Positions 43,286-51,315 of a DNA stretch of 64,000 nt are shown in pieces. The stretch is from an uncultured Haloferula sp. (GTDB taxonomy: Bacteria; Verrucomicrobiota; Verrucomicrobiia; Verrucomicrobiales; Akkermansiaceae): the NCBI GenBank assembly GCA_965652295.1, contig CBFGTS010000007.1:1-64000 (forward strand). The letters run 5' to 3'. Made by a program: the position numbers and the translations under genes. Numbering within the stretch: the first letter of the stretch is position 1; each line of letters opens with the position of its first letter. A model generated the notes under the pieces. That model saw nothing but the letters and a program-made list of their open reading frames with translations, searched no databases and had not been told where the DNA came from.

Positions 43286-44086
43286 TCAGCCCCTTCCGAG
43301 CTCGCGGGAGCGTTCGGTGGCGGCGGTGACGGCCTCGATCAGGGCAGATCGCAGTCCGCCGGCTTCGAGTGCGGCAAGGCCGGCGATGGTGGTGCCGCCG
43401 GGCGAGGTGACCTGGTCCTTGAGCTGCCCGGGGTGGAGGCCGGTTTCCAGCACCATGGTGGCCGCACCGCGCAGGGTGCGGGCGGCGAGTTCCATCGCGA
43501 CATCCCGCGGCAGGCCGGCGCGCACGCCGCCGTCGGCGAGGGCCTCGATCATGAGGAAAACGAAGGCCGGACCGCTGCCGGAGAGGCCGGTCACTGCATC
43601 GAGCAGGGGTTCGGGAAGGAGATGGGTGCTGCCGACCGCGCCGAGCAGGGACTCGGTCCTTTCCCGGTCGGTGGCGCTGACGTTGGCCGAGCAGGCGAAG
43701 CCGGCGGCACCTTCGCCCACCAGCGCGGGGGTGTTCGGCATGCAGCGGACGAGCCGCCAGTTGGCCGGAGCGTGGGTGGCCAGCCATTCGAGCGTGAGCC
43801 CGGCTGCCACGGAAATCAGGAGTGCTTCGGGCGGGGCGGCTTGCGTGAGCGCGGCGAGCGCGGCGGCGGCTTGCTGGGGCTTGGTGCAGAGGAGTACGAC
43901 ATCGCAGCCCGCCAAGTCGTTGATCGAGTCCACGGCCTTTCCTCCGGTGGCTTCGGCGAAAGCATCGCGGGCTGCGGGGTAGGGATCGTATCCGAGCAGC
44001 GCGTCCGCCTTGACCGCCCTGGCGCGGATCGCTCCCGCGACGAGGGCCGTGCCCATTTTTCCACAGCCGATGACTCCAAGCTTCAT
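43286..44086 (-). CDS. proC: Pyrroline-5-carboxylate reductase
   Basis: GCGKMG, KPQ, RCMPNTP, LSGSGPAF, VTSPGGTT. Confidence 0.96.
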   Translation of the reverse strand: MKLGVIGCGKMGTALVAGAIRARAVKADALLGYDPYPAARDAFAEATGGKAVDSINDLAGCDVVLLCTKPQQAAAALAALTQAAPPEALLISVAAGLTLEWLATHAPANWRLVRCMPNTPALVGEGAAGFACSANVSATDRERTESLLGAVGSTHLLPEPLLDAVTGLSGSGPAFVFLMIEALADGGVRAGLPRDVAMELAARTLRGAATMVLETGLHPGQLKDQVTSPGGTTIAGLAALEAGGLRSALIEAVTAATERSRELGRG

Positions 44087-44172
44087 GCGCCGGAGGTTAG
44101 AGCGGGTCCGCCGCGCGGGGCGAGTGTTCATTTTGCTTGGAGGGGCGGGCGGCTGCCAGCATCGTCCCGCGC

Positions 44173-45855
44173 ATGCGATATGGATGGATGGCATTGCTGG
44201 CGGCGGGAGCCGTGATGGCCGAGGAAGTTCCACCGGTGGACCGGCCGGTACCGCCCATGCCGGCGGTGAAGGAGCTGATCGCCGCGAAGATCGAGGCTCT
44301 CCCGGCACCCTCGCCGCCGCCGGTGAAGGGCGGAGTGGGAATGGCGATCACGGCCGCCACCGACGAGGTCCAGCAATCCGTGCGCGACGGATTGACCTGT
44401 CTGCACGCGGGCTGGGATTTCGAGGCCTACCGGCACTTCGTGCAGGCGCTGAAGGGGGACGCCGACTGCCTGATGGCGAACTGGGGCGTCGGGCTGGCGC
44501 TGCTTCACGGCAGCGACGATCTGGCGAAGGAGCGCGAAGCGGCGCTGAACCGCATGCTGGGCTTGGTCGACCGCGGCGTCGGCACCGATCTGGAACACCG
44601 CTACGTGTTCGGCCTGGCGACGCTGATCCAGGAAGGACCGCAGGCGGCGGCCGGCGTTTTCGCCCAGGCGGCGGAAGAGTATCCGAACGATCCACAGCTC
44701 GTCCTGTTGGAGTCGCTGCTCGGCCGCGGTGGATTCGACATGATGGGCAATCCCACGCCTGATCAGGAGCGCGCGGAGAAACGGATGCGCGAACTCATCG
44801 CCAAGCACCCCGGGCTTTCCTATCTGAAATACGCCTTGCTGGCGATGCGGGCGGAGGCTCCGGACCTTGCGGGCGATCAGGAAATGGTTCGCGAGTTGGC
44901 GGGTGAGGCCCCGGGCTTCGCACCGTATTTCCACCTGCTGGGGCATTACGAGTGGCGGCTGGGAAATCCGGGCGCGGCCCAGGCGGCTTTCGGCTGGGCC
45001 GGCGACGCCTATGGCGCATGGATGCGTGAAGCAGGCTTGGAGCCGCTCGATTGTCCGGGCTGGACGAAGGCGGAGGCCTACCGGGCCGTGGCACTGGCCA
45101 GCAAGGGGGACTACGAAAGCGCGCTCGCCGCGGCACAAGCCGTGGCGGCGATCGAGGTTCCGCCGGCGAAGGCATCGTCCGATGGCGCGCGGATGCTGTT
45201 GTGGGAGGCCAAAACCCTCCCGGCCCGGATCTACCTCCGCCGCAATGGCGCGGGTGATCTGACGGCGGCGAAAAACAGCCTTCCTTCGGCCGAGGATGCG
45301 AAAGGTCTCAGCGAGGAGACGTTGGCGGTGTGGTCATTCCAGGCGCATTCGACGACGGTCGGCACGCGGCTGGCGATCGAGGCCGGTGAGTCGGAGGCCG
45401 CGCGGCTTTTGATCGAAGACCTCGCCCGGCTTGGCTCGAATTTCGTGAAAACCCGCGGGGTCGCCGCCGCGCAGGGAGAGCAATCCCACTGGCTGCGGTG
45501 TTTCCAAGCTCTCGAGGTGATGACCAGCGAGCTGAACGGCCTGCTGGCGATGCACGGTCCGGAAGGCGGACGTGGCTCAGCCTACAATTGGTTTCTTTCC
45601 GCCCGCGACCGGCAGCGCCGCGCTTCGTTGATGATGCCGCCGTCGGTGCTGCTTCCAATGGGCACGCGCCTCGCCGACTACCTCGCTGCGGAAGGCGAAT
45701 GGGACAAGGCGCTCGACGCGCTGGAAACGGACCTCAAGAGCTATCCGAACGACTACGAACTGCTGCGCCGCCTCGAAACCGTCGCCGCCAAAGCCGGGAA
45801 AAAGGACCGGGCGGAGGAGGCGACCGCCGCGCTCGAGCAGCTCAAATCCGAATAA
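44173..45855 (+). CDS. Exported TPR-like helical repeat protein
   Basis: Signal peptide; G...LH.GW.FEA.R.F...D.DCLMA.WG motif. Confidence 0.7.
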   Translation: MRYGWMALLAAGAVMAEEVPPVDRPVPPMPAVKELIAAKIEALPAPSPPPVKGGVGMAITAATDEVQQSVRDGLTCLHAGWDFEAYRHFVQALKGDADCLMANWGVGLALLHGSDDLAKEREAALNRMLGLVDRGVGTDLEHRYVFGLATLIQEGPQAAAGVFAQAAEEYPNDPQLVLLESLLGRGGFDMMGNPTPDQERAEKRMRELIAKHPGLSYLKYALLAMRAEAPDLAGDQEMVRELAGEAPGFAPYFHLLGHYEWRLGNPGAAQAAFGWAGDAYGAWMREAGLEPLDCPGWTKAEAYRAVALASKGDYESALAAAQAVAAIEVPPAKASSDGARMLLWEAKTLPARIYLRRNGAGDLTAAKNSLPSAEDAKGLSEETLAVWSFQAHSTTVGTRLAIEAGESEAARLLIEDLARLGSNFVKTRGVAAAQGEQSHWLRCFQALEVMTSELNGLLAMHGPEGGRGSAYNWFLSARDRQRRASLMMPPSVLLPMGTRLADYLAAEGEWDKALDALETDLKSYPNDYELLRRLETVAAKAGKKDRAEEATAALEQLKSE

Positions 45856-47085
45856 TCACGCCGCGCGTACCGTGGCCTCATCCACCCCGCGCAAGGCGAA
45901 GATTTTGAGGATGGTGTCCTCGATCAGGTTGTTCGGACACGAGGCACCGGCGGTGATGCCGACGGTGACCGGTCCCTCGCCAAGAATGGCCGCCGGGTAG
46001 GAACTCGCGACCTCGGACTTCCGGTGGAGGTCGAAATGGACGACCTCCTCGAGGTCCTTCAGGCACGAGGCGTTCCGGATGAAGAAGGTGGGCAGCTCCT
46101 GCTCAGCGATCTCGACAAGGTGGGTGGTGTTCGAGCTGTTGTAGCCGCCGACGACGAGCATCAGGTCCATCGGCTGCTCAAGCATTTCGAACAGCGCGTC
46201 CTGACGCTCCTGGGTGGCGCCGCAGATGGTGTCGAAAACGATGAAGTTGGCGTCATCGCCATCGCGGGCGACCACCGCCTTTTGCACCCGGCGCTGGATT
46301 TCCTCGGTCTCGCTCTTGAGCATGGTGGTCTGGTTGGCCACGCCGACGCGGCGGAGGTGCTTGTCCGGATCGAATCCCGGCGAGAGCGCCTGTCCGAAGC
46401 GTGCGAAAAACGCATCCCGGTCGCCGCCCTCGCGGATGTAGCCGCAGAGAAAATCGGTGTCGTCCAGGGTCAGGACCATCACGTAATGGCCGGTGCCGTC
46501 GTCTCCGAGCGCCCGCGATGCCGTGGCCTGGGTTTCCTCATGGTCGGCCTTGCCGTGGATGATCGAAGTCAAGCCCTCCTTGGCATAGGTGCGGACACGC
46601 CGCCAGACCTTCATCACGTCGCCGCAGGTGGTATCGACCACGTAGCAGCCGCGTTCGGCGAGCTTTTCCATGAAATGGGTCGGGGCACCGAAGGCCGGGA
46701 CGATCACCACGTCCTCGTCGCTCAGCTCATCATAGTCCGCGCTGAGTTGTTTCCACGGCAGGGAAACGATGTTCATGTCGGAGAGCTGGCGGTTCACCTC
46801 GGGGTTGTGGATGATCTCACCGATGAGGAAAATCCGCTGGTCCGCAAACACCTTGCGGGCGGCGTAGGCGAGATCGATCGCCCGCTCGACGCCGTAGCAG
46901 AAGCCGAATTGCTGGGCGAGGCGGACGGTCGTGTTACCGAGGGTGAGCGAGCCGCCGTGGGTGCGGATTTTTTCGACAATCGACGAACGGTAGTGGGCTT
47001 CCACTTCCTCGGTGACGATCTTCATCACGTCCGGTCGGCGGACGTTGACTCGCTTGCGTTTCTCGTTTCCGGCGGGCTGGGGCAC
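45856..47085 (-). CDS. ispH: 4-hydroxy-3-methylbut-2-enyl diphosphate reductase
   Basis: FGFCYGVERAI, IIHNP, DTTC, TICGATQERQ, SSNT, TAGAS. Confidence 0.95.
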   Translation of the reverse strand: MPQPAGNEKRKRVNVRRPDVMKIVTEEVEAHYRSSIVEKIRTHGGSLTLGNTTVRLAQQFGFCYGVERAIDLAYAARKVFADQRIFLIGEIIHNPEVNRQLSDMNIVSLPWKQLSADYDELSDEDVVIVPAFGAPTHFMEKLAERGCYVVDTTCGDVMKVWRRVRTYAKEGLTSIIHGKADHEETQATASRALGDDGTGHYVMVLTLDDTDFLCGYIREGGDRDAFFARFGQALSPGFDPDKHLRRVGVANQTTMLKSETEEIQRRVQKAVVARDGDDANFIVFDTICGATQERQDALFEMLEQPMDLMLVVGGYNSSNTTHLVEIAEQELPTFFIRNASCLKDLEEVVHFDLHRKSEVASSYPAAILGEGPVTVGITAGASCPNNLIEDTILKIFALRGVDEATVRAA

Positions 47086-47145
47086 GGGGGGACTTTTAGG
47101 TAGCAGGCAGCCGGTAGCAAGTAGCGAGGGCGGGGGGGCTCGGAT

Positions 47146-47835
47146 TCAGGCCCGGCACCGCACCGGCTGAGCCAGCAGCGCGAACAGGAGGAGGGCGATG
47201 ATTTCCAGCCAAAGGATGTAGAGGGGGTGCGGGCCGAGGTGGTCGAGCAGGGATGGGGTGAGGGGCTTGGCCGCGAGGAAGCCGAAGTTCGTGCCTAGGA
47301 GCGTATTGGCGGTGATGGCGAGGACGACGTAGAGGTTCAGCCACGCGAAGGCGATCAGCGGCCCGCGCCACCACGGAGCCGGGAGTCGCCAGCCATCCGC
47401 GGCGGGGAAATAAATCGCGGCGGCGATCACGGAAAAATGCTGGAGGAAAAACGCGAGCGCGATCGGGTGCGGCGGCGCGAAGTCGAGCGCCGGCGTCACG
47501 ATCCCCTGCATGGTGCCGGCGAGACCCCAGAAATACGTCAGCAGGATCAGCGTGGGGTGGCGGGTGATCAGTGCGAAGCCGGCCATGAACGAGGCCAGAT
47601 CGCACAGGTGCAGCGGGACAATGTTGTCCAGCGCCATGGGGGAGCCCGGGCGCGACCACGCCCACTGGGAAACGGCGTAGCTGACGAGATTGGCCATCAC
47701 GAGAATCGCGCGGGCGAGGTTGTCCGTCGCCCCGCCGCGGCGACCCATGGCCACCAATCCGGCGATCAAGGCGAAGCCGACCGCGGCCACCAGTCCGTGC
47801 TGGGCGGAAAAGGGAACAAAGGCGGCATCGGTCAC
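47146..47835 (-). CDS. YwaF/TIGR02206-type integral membrane protein
   Basis: PLHLC, YFWG..G..Q..TP, FF.QH, N...GTNFGFL..KP...SLLD.LGP. Confidence 0.8.
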   Translation of the reverse strand: MTDAAFVPFSAQHGLVAAVGFALIAGLVAMGRRGGATDNLARAILVMANLVSYAVSQWAWSRPGSPMALDNIVPLHLCDLASFMAGFALITRHPTLILLTYFWGLAGTMQGIVTPALDFAPPHPIALAFFLQHFSVIAAAIYFPAADGWRLPAPWWRGPLIAFAWLNLYVVLAITANTLLGTNFGFLAAKPLTPSLLDHLGPHPLYILWLEIIALLLFALLAQPVRCRA

Positions 47836-47922
47836 GCAGCCGAGAAAAGCAGCTCGGAGCGTTCCGCCAATCTCCAATCTCCCTCCTTGCGGGGGGAGCC
47901 CGGGACTTTCCATGCTGCGGCC

Positions 47923-48498
47923 GTGAGACCGAAACGTCAGGGGCGGGAAGCCCGCGAAAACCGGCACGTGAAGCCAGCCGTCGAGACCGTCGTGCCCTCG
48001 ATGGACGAGGAGGAGCTGATGCGCATCGTTTCGGAAACGGAAGCCCCGTTCCTGCTGGTGCTCGACTGCGTGCAGGACCCGCACAATCTCGGCGCCATCC
48101 TGCGCACGGCGGATGGCGCGGGGGTGCACGCGGTGATCGCTCCGAAGGACAAGCAGGTGGCCATCACCGAGACCGTGCGGCGCGTGTCCGTCGGCGCGGC
48201 CGACCACGTGCCTTTCGTCCAGGTGACGAATCTGGCGCGCACCATGGAGCGGCTCAAGGACGCCGGCGTGTGGTTCGTAGGCACCTCCGACCGCGCCGAG
48301 AAGTCGCTCTACGAGCTCGACCTGAAAGGCCCGCTCGCGTTGGTGATGGGGGCCGAGGAAAAAGGCATGCGCCGGCTCACCGAGGAGAACTGCGATTTCC
48401 TCGCCCGTCTGCCGATGGCCGGCCGCGTGGAGTGCCTGAACGTGTCCGTGTCGGCGGGAGTGTGCCTCTACGAAGCGGTCCGGCAGCGGATGGCATGA
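47923..48498 (+). CDS. rlmB: SpoU/TrmH family 2'-O-methyltransferase (RlmB-like, short)
   Basis: [36 protein letters not shown]; start may instead be ATG 48001. Confidence 0.8.
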   Translation: MRPKRQGREARENRHVKPAVETVVPSMDEEELMRIVSETEAPFLLVLDCVQDPHNLGAILRTADGAGVHAVIAPKDKQVAITETVRRVSVGAADHVPFVQVTNLARTMERLKDAGVWFVGTSDRAEKSLYELDLKGPLALVMGAEEKGMRRLTEENCDFLARLPMAGRVECLNVSVSAGVCLYEAVRQRMA

Positions 48499-49301
48499 AC
48501 GAGCCCGTTCGCATCCTGTCCGACCTCCATCTGGGGCACCCCGCGTCGAGGATTTCCTCCGTCGAGCAGCTGCGGCCGTTGCTGGAAGGGGTCGGCACGG
48601 TGGTGTTCAATGGCGACACCTGGCAGGAGCTGGCGACCGCCTTCCGGCCGAGGGCGGAGGGTTTGCTCTCCGAGTTGAAGCAGCTCTGCGCTTCGCTCGG
48701 CGTCGAGCCGGTGTTCCTTTCTGGAAACCACGATCCCGGCGGGCCGGGGAAGGGGTGGGTCGAGCTGGCCGGCGGCCGTATCGTCGTCACCCACGGCGAC
48801 GCCGTCATGTGGGGCAGTTCTCCCTGGAGCCGCGAGGCCTTCGCCAGGCTGGAGCAGATCAAGGCCCTGTGGGCGGAGCACCGGGCGGCGGCGGAGAGCG
48901 ACCCCGGCGAACGCCTGCAGTTGGCCCGGGAAATGGCGCTGCTGCTCAGGGCTCCGGGGATTCCCAAAGGCCGCTCGATTTTCCGTCGCGCCCTTGATGC
49001 CGCCAACCCGCCGAAGCGCGCCTTCGAGATCCTGCGCGTCTGGGCGCAGCAGGCTGATGACGCCGCCGCCTTCGCCGGGCACTACTTTCCGAAGGCGGAG
49101 GTCGTCGTGATCGGCCATTTCCACCACCACGGCATCTGGCGGAAGCGCGGCAGACTCATCATCAACACCGGTGCCTACGTCCATCCCCACCGCGCCCGCT
49201 GGGTCGAGTGGGGCGAAGGCTTCCTCCGTTGCGGCCTCGTCCGCACCGACGACTCCCGCTTCATCCCCGCCGCTCCCGACCAGACCTGGCATCTCGCCTG
49301 A
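48495..49301 (+). CDS. Calcineurin-like metallophosphoesterase
   Basis: SDLHLG, NGD, GNHD, HGD, GHFH, NTG; ATGA overlap with the upstream gene. Confidence 0.85.
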   Translation: MNEPVRILSDLHLGHPASRISSVEQLRPLLEGVGTVVFNGDTWQELATAFRPRAEGLLSELKQLCASLGVEPVFLSGNHDPGGPGKGWVELAGGRIVVTHGDAVMWGSSPWSREAFARLEQIKALWAEHRAAAESDPGERLQLAREMALLLRAPGIPKGRSIFRRALDAANPPKRAFEILRVWAQQADDAAAFAGHYFPKAEVVVIGHFHHHGIWRKRGRLIINTGAYVHPHRARWVEWGEGFLRCGLVRTDDSRFIPAAPDQTWHLA

Positions 49302-49308
49302 CCCCCAT

Positions 49309-49331
49309 GGAGCGCCGGTTTTCAAACCGGC
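49309..49331 (+). repeat. REP-like palindrome
   Basis: GGAG-C then GCCGGTT-TTCA-AACCGGC hairpin. Confidence 0.4.
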
Positions 49332-49525
49332 ACGCCTTCTCTCCCCAAGCTCCCTTTCCTGGAAGGTTGACAGCGCCTCGTCCCGCCACTTCTGCTTCAG
49401 CAGGCCTCGTCGGCCCTCCGCCTCCCTCCATGCTCCAGCCGATGCTCACTGGAAGAATGGTCTCGTGGTTTTGCGGGGCCGCCTTTTTGGCTTGGAGAGA
49501 TTTGTGGACGAACAGAACAGATTCC

Positions 49526-49792
49526 TCAATCGTCACCGGATGCTTGGATTAATACGTCTGCGAGTCGCAGATCCAGAGCCCGACACCAGCGCAACAAAAC
49601 CACTAAGCCCGGCTGCGACAGTCCGCGCTCCGCACGAGACAGGTAGGAATAGGCGATGCCCATCTTCCCGTTGAGGTCCCGTAGCGTTAGGCCTCTCTCG
49701 CGGCGTTTCTCCCGAAGAATCGAAACGATCCCAAGCAAAACGTCCATATCCGGATCACCAGATGGATTAGCATCATGCTTGAGCGAAGACAT
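49526..49792 (-). CDS. XRE-family HTH regulator
   Basis: LREKRRERGLTLRDL...YLSRAERG...P. Confidence 0.8.
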   Translation of the reverse strand: MSSLKHDANPSGDPDMDVLLGIVSILREKRRERGLTLRDLNGKMGIAYSYLSRAERGLSQPGLVVLLRWCRALDLRLADVLIQASGDD

Positions 49793-50022
49793 CCCTTCAT
49801 CCTGAAGGGGACGGGAGCGGGATGTAGGAATTTTACTCTTGTTCCCTATGTCGCACAGCCTAGGCTTTCAGCCATACCTGCTGCCGTGATCATGATTCTC
49901 TCTCGCTTTCCTTCCGGGATCGCTCCCCCCCCTGAGGGTGCACCCGCTCGATCCCCAGAGCGGTCGGCGTGCGCCCTCTCCTTCTGTCCTTGGTCGATTT
50001 TCGTCTGGATTGGGATCAGCGG

Positions 50023-50277
50023 CTACTTCCGCTCCAAGACGAAGGCCAATTCTTCCAAAAACTGCTGGGGCGTCACCTTGCACGCTTTGCAGAAGCAGAT
50101 CCACTCGATCAGATCAATCCGCCGCTGCCCGCGTAAAATGTCGCTCACGGTGGATTGGCTCACGTCCATCTTCTTGGCGAGCTGCTGCTGGGTCAGCCCC
50201 GCATCCGCCCGCACCCGGGCCATCACTTTCAACACGGATTCCTGATCGGCGGAATAGATCGACTTTGCTGCCACCAT
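50023..50277 (-). CDS. XRE-family HTH regulator
   Basis: SIYS, RADAGLTQQQLA...QSTVS...GQRRIDLIE. Confidence 0.85.
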   Translation of the reverse strand: MVAAKSIYSADQESVLKVMARVRADAGLTQQQLAKKMDVSQSTVSDILRGQRRIDLIEWICFCKACKVTPQQFLEELAFVLERK

Positions 50278-50478
50278 CGAAAACTGCCAAACTTGGTGAA
50301 TTATCGAAAATTCTGGCAAATTATTGGAATTATCGTTATTCGTTCTGACGTCTCCGTATCTTCACAAGAATTTCTTCATAGATGATCGATACCCGACGCA
50401 ACCTCTCAAAACTCCGCTTTGTCATGAAGAGCCTCCTTTCGCTCTCGTCCTGCTTGCGGGGCTTTCCCCTCCTTCCCT

Positions 50479-51315
50479 ATGAGATTCCCATTCCTCCCTA
50501 CCTCCGCCTTCTTGCTGGCGCTGGCCTTGCTCCCCTCCCGCGCTGCTGAACCCATCCCCGCTGCCGGTCCGCTCCAAGTGGCCGATGGCGTCCCGGATCC
50601 CTCTCTCATCCACTTCACTCCTCCGGCTCCTCCTCCGCCCGCTCCGGACATCGAGGTCGAGGCCCGCAGCGTCCTCCAAGCCGGCTCCCACCGCTTGGAC
50701 CTCCTCCGCGGTGCCCCCTCCGAGCTCCCCGACCTGCCCGAGCCGGTTGCTGCCGAGGCCCGCATCGGGCTCCCGTCACTCTCCGAGCATCCTACCACCG
50801 CGACCGTCACCCTCGGCCTCTCGGTGGTCATCTACGATCACCAACTCTCCCACCTCCGTTGGCGCGACCCGCGCAATGGCGAAGTCTTCGAGGCATGGTG
50901 CGCCTGGGACTGGGAACTTGTCTCGCCCATCGGCCAACTCACCGGCGACCGATTCGATTGCATCATCCTCTCCACCCCTGAGATCGTCATCACCACCCAC
51001 CCGGGGCGGCCGCAGGCTGCCATTCCTTCCCATCCACAACTCGCTCCCGGCACCTTCCAGCTGGTGTCCGGTTCCGCCGATTCTCCCCTTGGAGCGGCTT
51101 TCCTCGAAGCCTACCGGCGTCACCTTTCCGCGAACCGTCCGCAGCTCGAAGCCGTGCTGGCTGCCCGCCGCCAAGCCGCGGCCGATGCCGCCGCCTGGCG
51201 CGAGGCCAACCCCGGAACCGTGCGCGATTCGACCGTCTGGCTGCGCCCCCACCGCGGCAGCCGCTACCTCAAGGCAGCGGGAACCACCGGCGAAAGAAAG
51301 GAGGCCGGGAAATGA
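50479..51315 (+). CDS. Secreted hypothetical protein, partner of the downstream large protein
   Basis: Signal peptide, Pro-rich linker, IYDH..SHLRW...EAW core; ATGA overlap with the next gene. Confidence 0.75.
   Translation: MRFPFLPTSAFLLALALLPSRAAEPIPAAGPLQVADGVPDPSLIHFTPPAPPPPAPDIEVEARSVLQAGSHRLDLLRGAPSELPDLPEPVAAEARIGLPSLSEHPTTATVTLGLSVVIYDHQLSHLRWRDPRNGEVFEAWCAWDWELVSPIGQLTGDRFDCIILSTPEIVITTHPGRPQAAIPSHPQLAPGTFQLVSGSADSPLGAAFLEAYRRHLSANRPQLEAVLAARRQAAADAAAWREANPGTVRDSTVWLRPHRGSRYLKAAGTTGERKEAGK

Noticed and set aside
49775..50245. Plus-strand ORF between and over the XRE genes
   Set aside because: Overlaps both XRE genes antisense and has no recognisable motif.
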